Source: Alphaproteobacteria bacterium (GTDB taxonomy: Bacteria > Pseudomonadota > Alphaproteobacteria > CACIAM-22H2). From it: 64,000 nt of DNA. The position numbers were made by a program, and so were the translations under genes. The stretch spans positions 59,424 through 123,423 of the forward strand of contig DATJPD010000100.1 in the NCBI GenBank assembly GCA_035506575.1. The letters are read 5' to 3'. Below, in pieces: positions 39,720-48,942 of the stretch (the stretch's first letter is position 1; the number at the start of each line of letters is the position of its first letter). Below the pieces are notes generated by a model. It worked only from the letters and a program-made list of their open reading frames with translations. It made no database searches and had not been told where the DNA came from.

Positions 39720-41845
39720 GGCGCCGGCGGCGGGTGCGGCTGCAGCGCCTCGCGGATGGCCCCTACCAGCCGGTCCGCCGTCAGGTCGAACTTCGACAAG
39801 ATGCCGGATGCGTGCGCGACCCGTTCCTTCTGCGCCTCGTCGAGTACCAGCGAGGTCAGGATGATGGCCGGCGGCGCTCCCGCCCCTTCCCCGTTGTGCA
39901 GGCGGTCGAGGAACTCGAAGCCGTCGACCATGTCCATGTTCAGGTCGAGGAGGATGACGTCGGGTGGGTCCGCCTTCGCCTGCTCGAGCCCGTCGATCGC
40001 GTTGGCGGCCTCGCGAAGCTCGTAGGCGCCGCGCGGCAGCAGCTGGCGGACCACGTAGCGCGAGACCTCCTCGTCGTCGACCAGCAGCACCTTGGTCATG
40101 CCACGGGCGCCGGTCATCTCATCGAGCCACCGCACGAGGCCCGCCGGGTCGACTGGCTTGACCATGAATTCGTCGGCGCCGAAGCTGCGCGCCTTCTGCT
40201 CATCGGCGGTACTCGAGACGAGGACCGCCGGAACGTCCTGCGTCCGCTCATCGTGCTTCGCGTCGATCAAGAAGCGCCAGCATTCCTCGCCCTGGAGCAC
40301 GATATCGAGGACGAAGGCGGCCGGCGTGATCCGCTCCAACGCGCGTTTTGCCTCGGCGACGCTGCGGACGGAAATCGGCTGATAACGCGAGTACGCCAGC
40401 GAGCGCTCGAGGCTGAACGCGTCGGCGGGATCGTCTTCGAGGATCAGCACCGGCAACCGGCCCGGCTCGACCGTCCACGAGCCCTCGTCCGGCGCGCCGG
40501 CCAGCTCGCAGTAACGGCGCGGAATCCTGACCCAGAACAGCGAGCCCTGGCCCACGACGCTCTCGACCCCGGCCTCGCCGCCCAAAAGCTCGGCGAGGCG
40601 CTTGGACAGCGGCAGGCCGAGCCCCGTGCCCTTCACCCGTCCCTGGAGCCGGTTCGCGACCTGCGTGAATTCCTGCCAGATCCGGTCGAGGTCGGCCGCG
40701 GCGATCCCGACGCCCGTGTCGCGGACGTTCCAGGTCACCGTGTCGGTCTCGCGGTCGTAGACTGCCCACACGCGGACCTCGCCGCGCTCGGTGAACTTGA
40801 TCGCGTTGGAGATGAAGTTGCGCAGGATCTGCGAGACCTTGCCCTCGTCGGTGAAGAGGGTCGGGATATCGTCGGGGTCGTCGAACACGAGGTTGAGGGC
40901 GTTGCCGACCAGGAGCGGACGCAGCATGCCGCGCAAGGTGCTGAACAGCTCGCCGGCCTCGAATTCCTTCGACGTCACGACGACCTTGCCCGCCTCGACG
41001 CGCGCGATGTCGAGGAGGTTGTCGACCAGCTCCGCCAGGCTCTCCGCCGCCTTGCGCACGAACAGCACCTGCTTTTCCTGCTCGGGCGTCAGCTCCCCGT
41101 CGGTGCGGCCGAGCAGGAGACGGGACAGCGACAGGATCGAGTTCAACGGCGTGCGGAACTCGTGGCTCATGTTCGAGAGAAACCGCGACTTGAGCTGGTC
41201 GGCGCGGCGCAGATGGTCGGCGCGCTCCTCGAGCTCGGCGTAGAGGGCCACGACCCCGCGGTTCGTGTCCTGCAGCTCGTCGTTCAGCTGCGCGAGCTCC
41301 TGCTGACGCGCCTGAAGCTCCTGCAGCTGCAGCATCATCTCGCGGTTCTGGTTGCGGATCTCGGCCACGGGGTCGCCGCTCTCCGCCGTCGCCAGCGCCT
41401 GCATGATCGGCTTCAGCTGGTCCTTGTAGATCGCGGGCGCCCGCTTCGGCAGGCATTTCACCATTCGCACCGTCGTGCCCTGGCCGCGGTGGCTCTGCAG
41501 CTCGAACTCGTCCATCAGCCGCCGGGCGCCAAGGATTCCGACGCCCATGCCGGTCGTCGAGCGGTGGCGCCCGGACAGGACCGCTTCCGGGTCGGCCATG
41601 CCCGGGCCGGAATCCTGGACCACGATTTCGAGGCACTGCGGATCCCGGCCCGTGATCTTGTATTCGATGCGGCCGCCGCCGCCGTAATCGAGCGCGTTGC
41701 GCACGATCTCCGACACGGCGGTCGTGATACGCGTCTGATCCTGCGCATCGAACCCCAGAAGTGCCGCGATCTGGCGCGTGCGCTGGCGGGCGGCGATGAT
41801 GTCCGTCTCGCGCTCGATGGCCACGGTGAGGAGCCGTGCGTCCAC
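39716..41845 (-). CDS. RsbT-like GHKL domain::HisKA::HATPase_c::REC::REC hybrid kinase
   Basis: N-terminal 130 aa align with B. subtilis RsbT (DIIAARQ..TRITTAVSEIVRNAL..GQGTTVRMVKCL). Then H-box SHEFRTPLNS, ATPase and two receivers. Confidence 0.85.
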   Translation of the reverse strand: MDARLLTVAIERETDIIAARQRTRQIAALLGFDAQDQTRITTAVSEIVRNALDYGGGGRIEYKITGRDPQCLEIVVQDSGPGMADPEAVLSGRHRSTTGMGVGILGARRLMDEFELQSHRGQGTTVRMVKCLPKRAPAIYKDQLKPIMQALATAESGDPVAEIRNQNREMMLQLQELQARQQELAQLNDELQDTNRGVVALYAELEERADHLRRADQLKSRFLSNMSHEFRTPLNSILSLSRLLLGRTDGELTPEQEKQVLFVRKAAESLAELVDNLLDIARVEAGKVVVTSKEFEAGELFSTLRGMLRPLLVGNALNLVFDDPDDIPTLFTDEGKVSQILRNFISNAIKFTERGEVRVWAVYDRETDTVTWNVRDTGVGIAAADLDRIWQEFTQVANRLQGRVKGTGLGLPLSKRLAELLGGEAGVESVVGQGSLFWVRIPRRYCELAGAPDEGSWTVEPGRLPVLILEDDPADAFSLERSLAYSRYQPISVRSVAEAKRALERITPAAFVLDIVLQGEECWRFLIDAKHDERTQDVPAVLVSSTADEQKARSFGADEFMVKPVDPAGLVRWLDEMTGARGMTKVLLVDDEEVSRYVVRQLLPRGAYELREAANAIDGLEQAKADPPDVILLDLNMDMVDGFEFLDRLHNGEGAGAPPAIILTSLVLDEAQKERVAHASGILSKFDLTADRLVGAIREALQPHPPPAP

Positions 41846-41848
41846 CGG

Positions 41849-42835
41849 TCAGACCCTCAGGGCTACGACGGTCGCGTCGTCGTTCTTGCGCCGGAAGTCG
41901 CGGAATAGGATTCCGGCGATCAGGCTGGGATGGCTCGCCGCGAGGCCCGGGTAGGCCGTGAAATCCCACTTCGCGGACAGCCCGTCCGAGTGCATGATGA
42001 CGACGGATCCGTCCGCCCAGGGGTAGCTGAACTCGCGGATGCGCAGGGCCACGTGTCCCACCGTGCCGTTGTGCGACACCATCCGCCGGACGCTGCCGGC
42101 GGGCGCCACGATCGCGCCCGCGATATTGCCCACGCCCGCGAACCGGACCACCCGCGCCTCCCCATTCACGCGGGCAATGGCGATGGCGGCCCCTCGCGTC
42201 GGGGCGAGCTCCCGGTGCATCCGGGCCAGGATCTCCGTGCAGTCCTCGTCGGCGCAATTCTCGAACGTCCGCAGCGCCGCCTGGGTGGCCGCGCCTGCCG
42301 CCGGACCATGACCGGAGCCGTCGGCGACCATCAGGGTCGCGCCTTTGGTCGACCTCGCGAACGCCCAGCCGTCGCCGCTGACGCGCTCTCCATGCAACGG
42401 CATGGCGATCGCGCCGAGAACGGGAGTGCCGTCGATCTTGGAATGACGGCCATTGCCGATGCGCGCGGCGATCGCGGTGCCGAGGTTGGGGCGAGTGAAC
42501 ACGTTGAGCTGATCAGCCTGGCGGCGGATCGCGCCGAGGCCATTGCCCGGGCTGCCGGCGGTCGACACCCCGTCTTCGAACGCGCGCCCGAGATCGGCGA
42601 TCCCTTCGCCCTTGTCCAGAGCGAGGAGCTCGATACCGCTGCCCGAGGCGTCGGCGTAGGTGCCGATGACGATCTCGCCGCGCGAAGCATGCTTGATGAG
42701 ATTGGTGGCAAGCTCGGTTGCGACCAGGGCGACCCGGCCGGTGCTCTTCTCGTCGAACCCGCGCGCCTCTGCCGCGTCCGCGGCGGCGCGGCGCGCCACC
42801 GAAACCTGGCTGGAATCCGCGACCTCGATGAGCAT
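41849..42835 (-). CDS. RsbT/RsbW-like ATPase domain fused to PP2C (SpoIIE-type) phosphatase
   Basis: N-terminal VATELATNLIKHA...NGLGAIRRQADQLN (HATPase_c_2-like). C-terminal PP2C with metal-binding Asp motifs MVADGSGHG and IMHSDGL. Confidence 0.8.
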   Translation of the reverse strand: MLIEVADSSQVSVARRAAADAAEARGFDEKSTGRVALVATELATNLIKHASRGEIVIGTYADASGSGIELLALDKGEGIADLGRAFEDGVSTAGSPGNGLGAIRRQADQLNVFTRPNLGTAIAARIGNGRHSKIDGTPVLGAIAMPLHGERVSGDGWAFARSTKGATLMVADGSGHGPAAGAATQAALRTFENCADEDCTEILARMHRELAPTRGAAIAIARVNGEARVVRFAGVGNIAGAIVAPAGSVRRMVSHNGTVGHVALRIREFSYPWADGSVVIMHSDGLSAKWDFTAYPGLAASHPSLIAGILFRDFRRKNDDATVVALRV

Positions 42836-42847
42836 GCCGGCGCCGCC

Positions 42848-43270
42848 TCACTTCCAGCGGATCAGGGTGACGGTGGTGCCTTCGCCGGGGGTCGACTTGA
42901 TGTCGAACTCGTTGGACAGGCGCTTGGAGCCGCTGAGGCCGAGGCCCAGGCCGCCTCTGGTGGTGTAGCCGTCCGTCATGGCCCGCGCGATATCGGGGAT
43001 TCCGGGCCCCTTGTCGGTAAAGACCAGCCTGAGCCCCACGCGCCCGCCCTGCCGTACGGTATCCATGTCCATCCTGCCGCCGCCGCCATGCAAGATCGTG
43101 TTGCGGCCGATCTCGCTCGCAGCCGTGACGATCTTCGTCTGATCGACGAGGCTGAACCCAAGGGCCACGGCTTGCGCCCGAACCTTCTGCCGGACCTTGA
43201 CCACGTCCTCGGACGTACTGACCGATATTGTGTCACTCGCCTCGACGATCAAGCGACCCCTCCTCGCCAT
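42848..43270 (-). CDS. rsbT: RsbT-type serine kinase (stressosome partner)
   Basis: Aligns along its length with B. subtilis RsbT (TAASEIGRNTILHGGGG...GPGI...GGLGLGLSGSKRL...PGEGTTVTL). Start uncertain (ATG 43270 overlaps rsbS; alternative TTG 43252). Confidence 0.85.
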   Translation of the reverse strand: MARRGRLIVEASDTISVSTSEDVVKVRQKVRAQAVALGFSLVDQTKIVTAASEIGRNTILHGGGGRMDMDTVRQGGRVGLRLVFTDKGPGIPDIARAMTDGYTTRGGLGLGLSGSKRLSNEFDIKSTPGEGTTVTLIRWK

Positions 43271-43622
43271 CGATCATCTGGCGAATCAGGGCGAGCCCCT
43301 TGTCGACGTTGAGCGCGGTCTTCACGCCGGTCAGGGACAGGCCGAGCTCGACCAGGGTGATGGCGACCGCCGGCCGCATGCCGACGACCACCGTGACCGC
43401 GTCGAGAATGCGCGACATCGCCGCGATGTTGTTCAACATGCGGCCGATGAAGGAGTCGACGATCTCAAGAGAGGAGATGTCGATCATCACGCCGCGGGCG
43501 CGGGTCTCCACGATCTTCGCTGTCAGGTCGTCCTGCAGCGCCAACGCCAGCCGGTCGTGCATGTCGACCTGGATGCTGACCAGGAGCGTGTCGCCGATCT
43601 TCAGGATCGGGATCTGGTCCAT
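43233..43622 (-). CDS. rsbS: RsbS-type STAS-domain protein (stressosome scaffold)
   Basis: IPILKIGDTLLVSIQ...VMIDISSLEIVDSFIG...AITLVELG, including the DSF phosphorylatable-Ser context; 129 aa. Confidence 0.88.
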   Translation of the reverse strand: MDQIPILKIGDTLLVSIQVDMHDRLALALQDDLTAKIVETRARGVMIDISSLEIVDSFIGRMLNNIAAMSRILDAVTVVVGMRPAVAITLVELGLSLTGVKTALNVDKGLALIRQMIDGEEGSLDRRGE

Positions 43623-43628
43623 GGCGGT

Positions 43629-44519
43629 TTAAGCCTCTTCCGCCGCTGCCGCGTCCTGCGGCTTTTTCTTTTCGCCGTTCGACTGCTCGCGGTCCCTGAC
43701 CGTCTTGCCGATCCGCCGCAAGGCCAGCGCGAAGGCATCCGCCATCGTGGCCTTGGTCATGACGTTGAGCTCGACGCCGAGATGCACGATGGTTTGCGCG
43801 ATCTGCGGCCTGATACCGCTGATGATGCAGTCGGCCCCCATCAGACGCGCAGCGGACACGGTCTTCAGCAGGTGCTGCGCCACGAGCGTGTCGACTGTCG
43901 GCACGCCGGTGATGTCGATGATCGCGGTCTCGGCGCCCGAGGTGACGATCTGCTGCAAAAGGCTCTCCATCACGACCTGGGTGCGGGCGCTGTCCAAGGT
44001 GCCGATCAGCGGCAGGGCCAGGATGCCGTCCCACAGCTTCACCACGGGGGTCGACAGCTCCAGCATCTCCTCCTGCTGGCGCGCGATCACCTCTTCGCGG
44101 TTCTTCTGGAACACCTCGGTCGTGTAGAGGCCGAGCTTGTCGAGCAGCAGGGTTGCCGTCCAAATCTCGCGCGCAAGCGTCGGCGCGTCCTTGATTTCGC
44201 GCCCGAGCAGGGAGAACAGCGGAGATTTCAGCGAGAACACGAACGTCGCGGTCTGCGCCGGCGTGGCGCCCTTGATCGCACGCTCGCGCGAGAGCTCTTC
44301 GAGGATTCCGCGCGCCGGGGCCCAGGCTGGGCCGCTGATGTCATCGAACTGCCCCGAGGCGATGCCTTGCCGCAGTGCCGTGAAGAACCGCGCGCCGACT
44401 TCGTTGAGATCGTCGCCGACCGCAATCGTGACCGCCGATATCTGCGCAGCCCAGTCCTTCATCACCTGGGTGCTGTATTTGTCCAGGATCTGCGGGATGA
44501 TGCTGTCGGTCTTGGTCAT
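43629..44519 (-). CDS. rsbR: RsbR-type stressosome sensor (N-terminal non-haem-globin-like domain + C-terminal STAS)
   Basis: C-terminal STAS aligns with RsbRA (IIDITGVPTVDTLVAQHLL...GADCIISGIRPQIAQT), conserving both phosphorylatable Thr positions; 296 aa. Confidence 0.85.
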   Translation of the reverse strand: MTKTDSIIPQILDKYSTQVMKDWAAQISAVTIAVGDDLNEVGARFFTALRQGIASGQFDDISGPAWAPARGILEELSRERAIKGATPAQTATFVFSLKSPLFSLLGREIKDAPTLAREIWTATLLLDKLGLYTTEVFQKNREEVIARQQEEMLELSTPVVKLWDGILALPLIGTLDSARTQVVMESLLQQIVTSGAETAIIDITGVPTVDTLVAQHLLKTVSAARLMGADCIISGIRPQIAQTIVHLGVELNVMTKATMADAFALALRRIGKTVRDREQSNGEKKKPQDAAAAEEA

Positions 44520-44754
44520 CTTTTTCCCTCATTTTCTTTTCCAAGCGCGAGCGGCCCGCCACGCGGGTCACTCTCGCATGGACGGTCACGGAGATTGCGT
44601 CAGGTAGATGACGCCCAAAGCGGTCTTTTTGAGTTATTCCGAGCTGCCGGCCGCGCGATCGGTTGTTTCGCGTACACGCCTGGATTATTTAACCAACACG
44701 ATATCGAAAACACGAATCGTTTTACTGATCCAGGCAGGACTTGGGGAGCGTGCC

Positions 44755-45129
44755 ATGGCGAACAACGGGCCGACATCTGAGAAAGGACGGATCCTGCTCG
44801 TCGATGACGAGGACGGGTTCCGCTACACGGCCGAGAAGGCGCTGCGCGAGGCCGGCTATGACGTGAGGATCGCCGGCGATTATCAGAAGGCGCTCGACAT
44901 CCTCGCCGGGCCCGAGCGTCTCGACCTGATGCTGACCGACATCGTGATGCCCAAGGGCATCAACGGCTTTGCCCTGGCGCGCATGGCACGCATGCGCCGG
45001 CTCGACCTGAAGTTGCTCTACGTCACGTCGTACGACGTGCCCGCAAACGAAGCGGTCGCCAAGATCCTGCGCAAGCCGATCACCGAGACCGAGCTGGTGC
45101 ACGAGGTCGAGCAGGCGCTGGCGGCTTAG
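44755..45129 (+). CDS. Single-domain response regulator (receiver only)
   Basis: 124 aa with ILLVDDEDG...DLMLTDIVMP; divergent from rsbR. Internal ATG of ORF 44608..45129. Confidence 0.75.
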   Translation: MANNGPTSEKGRILLVDDEDGFRYTAEKALREAGYDVRIAGDYQKALDILAGPERLDLMLTDIVMPKGINGFALARMARMRRLDLKLLYVTSYDVPANEAVAKILRKPITETELVHEVEQALAA

Positions 45130-45170
45130 CTTGGGCCCAGTAAGGGGGGCGTTTCATCGCGTGGTGCGGG

Positions 45171-47291
45171 TCAGGCCGATGCTTCGGCCGGCGCCGTCAC
45201 TGCACCGATATCGCTGCGCCGCAGCCGCTGTCGCGGCAAATGCACCGTCATCCGGGTGCCGACATCCGGCGTACTGACGATCTCGAGTCTTCCCCCGTGC
45301 AGCTCGACCAGACGCTTGGCCAGCGGCAGTCCCAGCCCGGTGCCCTGCTGGCCGCGGCTGAAGGTGAGATTCGCCTGCCCGAACGGTTGCACCGCGGTTT
45401 CGATTTGCCCCGGGGTCATGCCGATTCCGGTGTCATGAACCACAAGCGCCAGCTCGCCGGATTCCTCGACGCCTGCGCTCAGCGACACCCGCCCGCCCGC
45501 TGGCGTGAACTTGATGGCATTCGACAGGAGATTGGTCAGGATCTGGCGTATCCGCAGGGGATCCGCCCACAGGTCCGGAAGGCTGACCGGAACGTCGATG
45601 CTCAGGAACAGATTTTTCTTGCCGGCCTCGCCGCGCAGGATGTTTACGGTTGAGGCGACCAGATCAGCCACGATGCACGACTGCTCGCGGAGTTGAAGCT
45701 TGGCCGCATCGAGCTTCGACAAATCGAGAATGTCGTTCACGATCTCCAGCAGATGGCGGCCCGCGCCGTTGATGTCGGCGGCATACTCGCGATAGCGCGC
45801 GGTGCCGACAGGCCCCAGGACCTCGCCGCGGATGATCTCGGAAAACCCGATCACGGCATTGAGCGGCGTCCGCAGCTCGTGACTCATGTTCGCAAGGAAC
45901 GCCGATTTTGCCTGGCTCCCGGCCTCGGCGGCGGCCTTCGCCCGCTCCAAGGCGGCCTCGATCTGCTTGCGCGCGGTGATGTCGCGCGAGTTGATCACGA
46001 TGCCCCCGACACCCGGGACGTCGAACGCATTGCGGGCCGTCCACCCGATGTCGCGCCACGTGCCGTCCACGTGCCGTACCCGCGCGCACCCGCTCGCACG
46101 GCGCCCCGGCCCGGCGGCAACGCCGCGCAGCGCATCGGCGAGCCCGGCCTTGTCCTCGGGATGTATGCGCTCCGACAACGGACGCCCGACGACCTCCTCC
46201 GGAGGAACTCCGAGCACCTCGATAGAAGAAGGACTGCGATAGGTCACCATGCCCTGCGGGTCGACGACGGTGATCATGTCGTTGGACTGCTCGATGAGCG
46301 CGCGGAACCGGCGCTCGCTGGTCTTGACGGCCGCCTCCGCCGCCTCGCGCCGGGCCTCCTGCCCCACCAGATAGGCGGCGAAAGCGGCGATGATGGCGGC
46401 GCAGGCGAGAAAGATCGCGCCTAGAACGCGGAGATCGCGCTTCCACGGGGCGAGCACGTCATCGACGGCGCGCGAGACGTAGACGACCAAGCCGAGGCTT
46501 GGGATCGCCCGATAGGAGACGATGCGATCGATCCCATCGATGATCGTGCTGGTCCGGTACGTTCCGACGGGGGTCTGCGGCAGGTAATGCGTCAGAAGCG
46601 GACCTTTCGCCAGCGACGCTCCGATGGCACCGCCCTTTGGCTGCCGCATGAGGATCGGCCCGTCGATTCGAACGACGCCGACCACCGCATTCTCGCCGAC
46701 CTGAAGCGATCGGAAGAAGTCGTGGAATGTGTTCAACGGGAGCGTCGCCACTATGACGCCGGCAAAGCTGCCGTCCGCCGCCACGAGACGCCGGCTCGCC
46801 GGGATGAGCCACTCGCCGGATGCCCGGCCGACGATCGGCATGCCGATGAAAAGACCTGCTTGCGAGTTTTTCCGATGCGCGTCGAAATAATCGCGATCGC
46901 TTAGATCGACCCCTACCGGTCCGGTCGCGAAGGTGGAATAGGTCATCCGGCCGGTCGGATCGATCAATCCCAGACTTCTCACGTGATACGTGTCGATGGC
47001 CCGCGACGAAATCTCGCCACCGTCCGGCCCCGTGCCGCCAGCGCGCGGCGCCTCGGCCAGGCGCTCCCCCGTGGTCACGAGCGCATGGTCGACCGCGTCG
47101 AATACGGAACGCGTATGCTCGTCGAGCGCAAGCGCGAGCCGCGCGTTCAGATCGCTGCCGTTCGTCAGATAAGCCCGGTATTCGATCAGCAGATGCGCAC
47201 CGAAGCCCAGGGCGAGAGCGAAAATCGCGAGCGCTGCGAACGCGATCAAACCGGGGCGGCTGCGGATGGTGGCGGACGTCATGTGACCCAT
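45171..47291 (-). CDS. Sensor histidine kinase with periplasmic Cache-like domain, PAS, HisKA, HATPase_c
   Basis: TM, ~270-aa periplasmic domain, second TM, PAS (ITVVDPQGMVTYRSP), H-box SHELRTPLNAV, G-boxes. Start is MGHM 47291 (or 47282). Confidence 0.85.
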   Translation of the reverse strand: MGHMTSATIRSRPGLIAFAALAIFALALGFGAHLLIEYRAYLTNGSDLNARLALALDEHTRSVFDAVDHALVTTGERLAEAPRAGGTGPDGGEISSRAIDTYHVRSLGLIDPTGRMTYSTFATGPVGVDLSDRDYFDAHRKNSQAGLFIGMPIVGRASGEWLIPASRRLVAADGSFAGVIVATLPLNTFHDFFRSLQVGENAVVGVVRIDGPILMRQPKGGAIGASLAKGPLLTHYLPQTPVGTYRTSTIIDGIDRIVSYRAIPSLGLVVYVSRAVDDVLAPWKRDLRVLGAIFLACAAIIAAFAAYLVGQEARREAAEAAVKTSERRFRALIEQSNDMITVVDPQGMVTYRSPSSIEVLGVPPEEVVGRPLSERIHPEDKAGLADALRGVAAGPGRRASGCARVRHVDGTWRDIGWTARNAFDVPGVGGIVINSRDITARKQIEAALERAKAAAEAGSQAKSAFLANMSHELRTPLNAVIGFSEIIRGEVLGPVGTARYREYAADINGAGRHLLEIVNDILDLSKLDAAKLQLREQSCIVADLVASTVNILRGEAGKKNLFLSIDVPVSLPDLWADPLRIRQILTNLLSNAIKFTPAGGRVSLSAGVEESGELALVVHDTGIGMTPGQIETAVQPFGQANLTFSRGQQGTGLGLPLAKRLVELHGGRLEIVSTPDVGTRMTVHLPRQRLRRSDIGAVTAPAEASA

Positions 47292-47592
47292 CAATTCGCG
47301 TCCCCGAGATCGGATCAAAAAGCGCCTGTGCCGCAGTGGAACCCACGAGAGCCCGCAGACGGCGCGCCGCGCCGATGGGGCGCGGCGGCATCGCACGGAC
47401 CTCTGCGTGACAGGACGCTCGTTGGCGACTCTGCGGACGAGTAAGCCGCAGTCTTCGTGGTGTCGCCGATCCGTCCACTAACGGGACGTGAGCCAAACGC
47501 CGCTTATGCAGCAGACTCTAAATATATGGAGTGGTTGTTAATAGAACGTTGACAAAGGCTTAACGGCGCGATGCGGGCCCTGTGCGTGGAGA

Positions 47593-48864
47593 TCACGTAC
47601 TGCCGAGCGGCATCAGCAGCTCGCGCTTCAACTCGCCCAGCGCGTTGATGCCCAGCAGCGCCATGTCGCGGTTGATCTCCTGCGACAGGATGCCCGCGGC
47701 GTGCTCGACGCCGGCCTGCCCGGCGATCGAAGCCGCGAACAGGAACGGCCGGCCGACGAACACGAAGCGGGCGCCGAGCGCCAGCGCCTTCAGCACGTCG
47801 GTGCCGCGGCGCACGCCGCTGTCGAACATCACGGTCATGGGCCCGGCCAAATCGGCGATCTCCGGCAGGACGCGCAAGGGGGATACCGTGCCGTCGAGCT
47901 GCCGGCCGCCGTGGTTGGAGACGAGCACGCCGTCCACTCCGCTGTCGCGCGCGATGCGTGCGTCCTCCTTGTTCATCACCCCTTTGAGCGCCAGCTTTCC
48001 CTGCCAGCGCTTGCGGATCAGCTCGAGATGGCGCCAGTTCAGGTGGTCGCGCATGCCGAAATCGCGCGCCACGGCGCGCGACAGGATCGGCGCGCCGCGG
48101 GTCGCGTAGGAGTTCTCGAAATACGGCATGCCGTGCCGCACCAGCGTGCGGAACCACGTATTGATCAGCCAGTCTGGACGGATGAGGCCGTCCCAGGCCA
48201 GGCGCAGGCTGGGCTTGAGTGGCGTGGTGAAGCCGTTGCGGATGTTGTTCTCGCGGTTGGCCGACACCGGCACGTCGATGGTCACGACCAGGGTCTTGAA
48301 TCCGGCCGCGGCCACCCGGTCCACGAGGCCCAGGATGCGCGCATCCTCGCCCGGCAGATAGGCCTGGAACCAGGAGTCCGGATTTTCGCGGATCACGTCC
48401 TCGAGCCGGATCAGCGACGATCCGCTGAGGATGAACGGGATGTTGCAGCGCGCGGCGGCCCGCGCAAGAACGAGGTCTGCACGATATGCCGCGATCGCAG
48501 CGATGCCCATCGGCGGGATGCCGAACGGTGCCGCGTAACGCTGGCCGAACAACTCGGTCGCCTGGCCGCGCTTGGACGTATCGACGAGGCCGCGCGGCAC
48601 GAAGCCGTAGTCCTGGAAGGCCGCGCGGTTGTCGCGCCACGTTGCGTTCGTCTCCGCCGCCCCGGCGACGAAGCCGAAGATCGGCCGCGGGAGATGCCGC
48701 CTGGCGGCGACCTCGAAATCGTCGAGCGACAGGATGCGCCGGAGCTTGCGCGGGCCGGCGCTGGGCAGGCCCTGCAGCATGGCTCCGCCCGTGACAGGCG
48801 CCACGGCCGGGGCGACCGGAGCGTCGGGCACGGCCCTGGCGGTCGAGCTCATCTCATTGGGCAT
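47593..48864 (-). CDS. FMN-dependent alpha-hydroxy acid dehydrogenase (L-lactate dehydrogenase/LldD family)
   Basis: TIM-barrel FMN motifs (LSNHGGRQLDG, GRPFLF); 423 aa with a GAGAGGAA RBS. Confidence 0.8.
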   Translation of the reverse strand: MPNEMSSTARAVPDAPVAPAVAPVTGGAMLQGLPSAGPRKLRRILSLDDFEVAARRHLPRPIFGFVAGAAETNATWRDNRAAFQDYGFVPRGLVDTSKRGQATELFGQRYAAPFGIPPMGIAAIAAYRADLVLARAAARCNIPFILSGSSLIRLEDVIRENPDSWFQAYLPGEDARILGLVDRVAAAGFKTLVVTIDVPVSANRENNIRNGFTTPLKPSLRLAWDGLIRPDWLINTWFRTLVRHGMPYFENSYATRGAPILSRAVARDFGMRDHLNWRHLELIRKRWQGKLALKGVMNKEDARIARDSGVDGVLVSNHGGRQLDGTVSPLRVLPEIADLAGPMTVMFDSGVRRGTDVLKALALGARFVFVGRPFLFAASIAGQAGVEHAAGILSQEINRDMALLGINALGELKRELLMPLGST

Positions 48865-48942
48865 GGGTCGGCGTTCCTCTCGGCCTTTTCGTTCATTTTA
48901 GGCCAAATGTGCCGCCGCGCGTAGGCCAGGGCTCGCGCAGCG

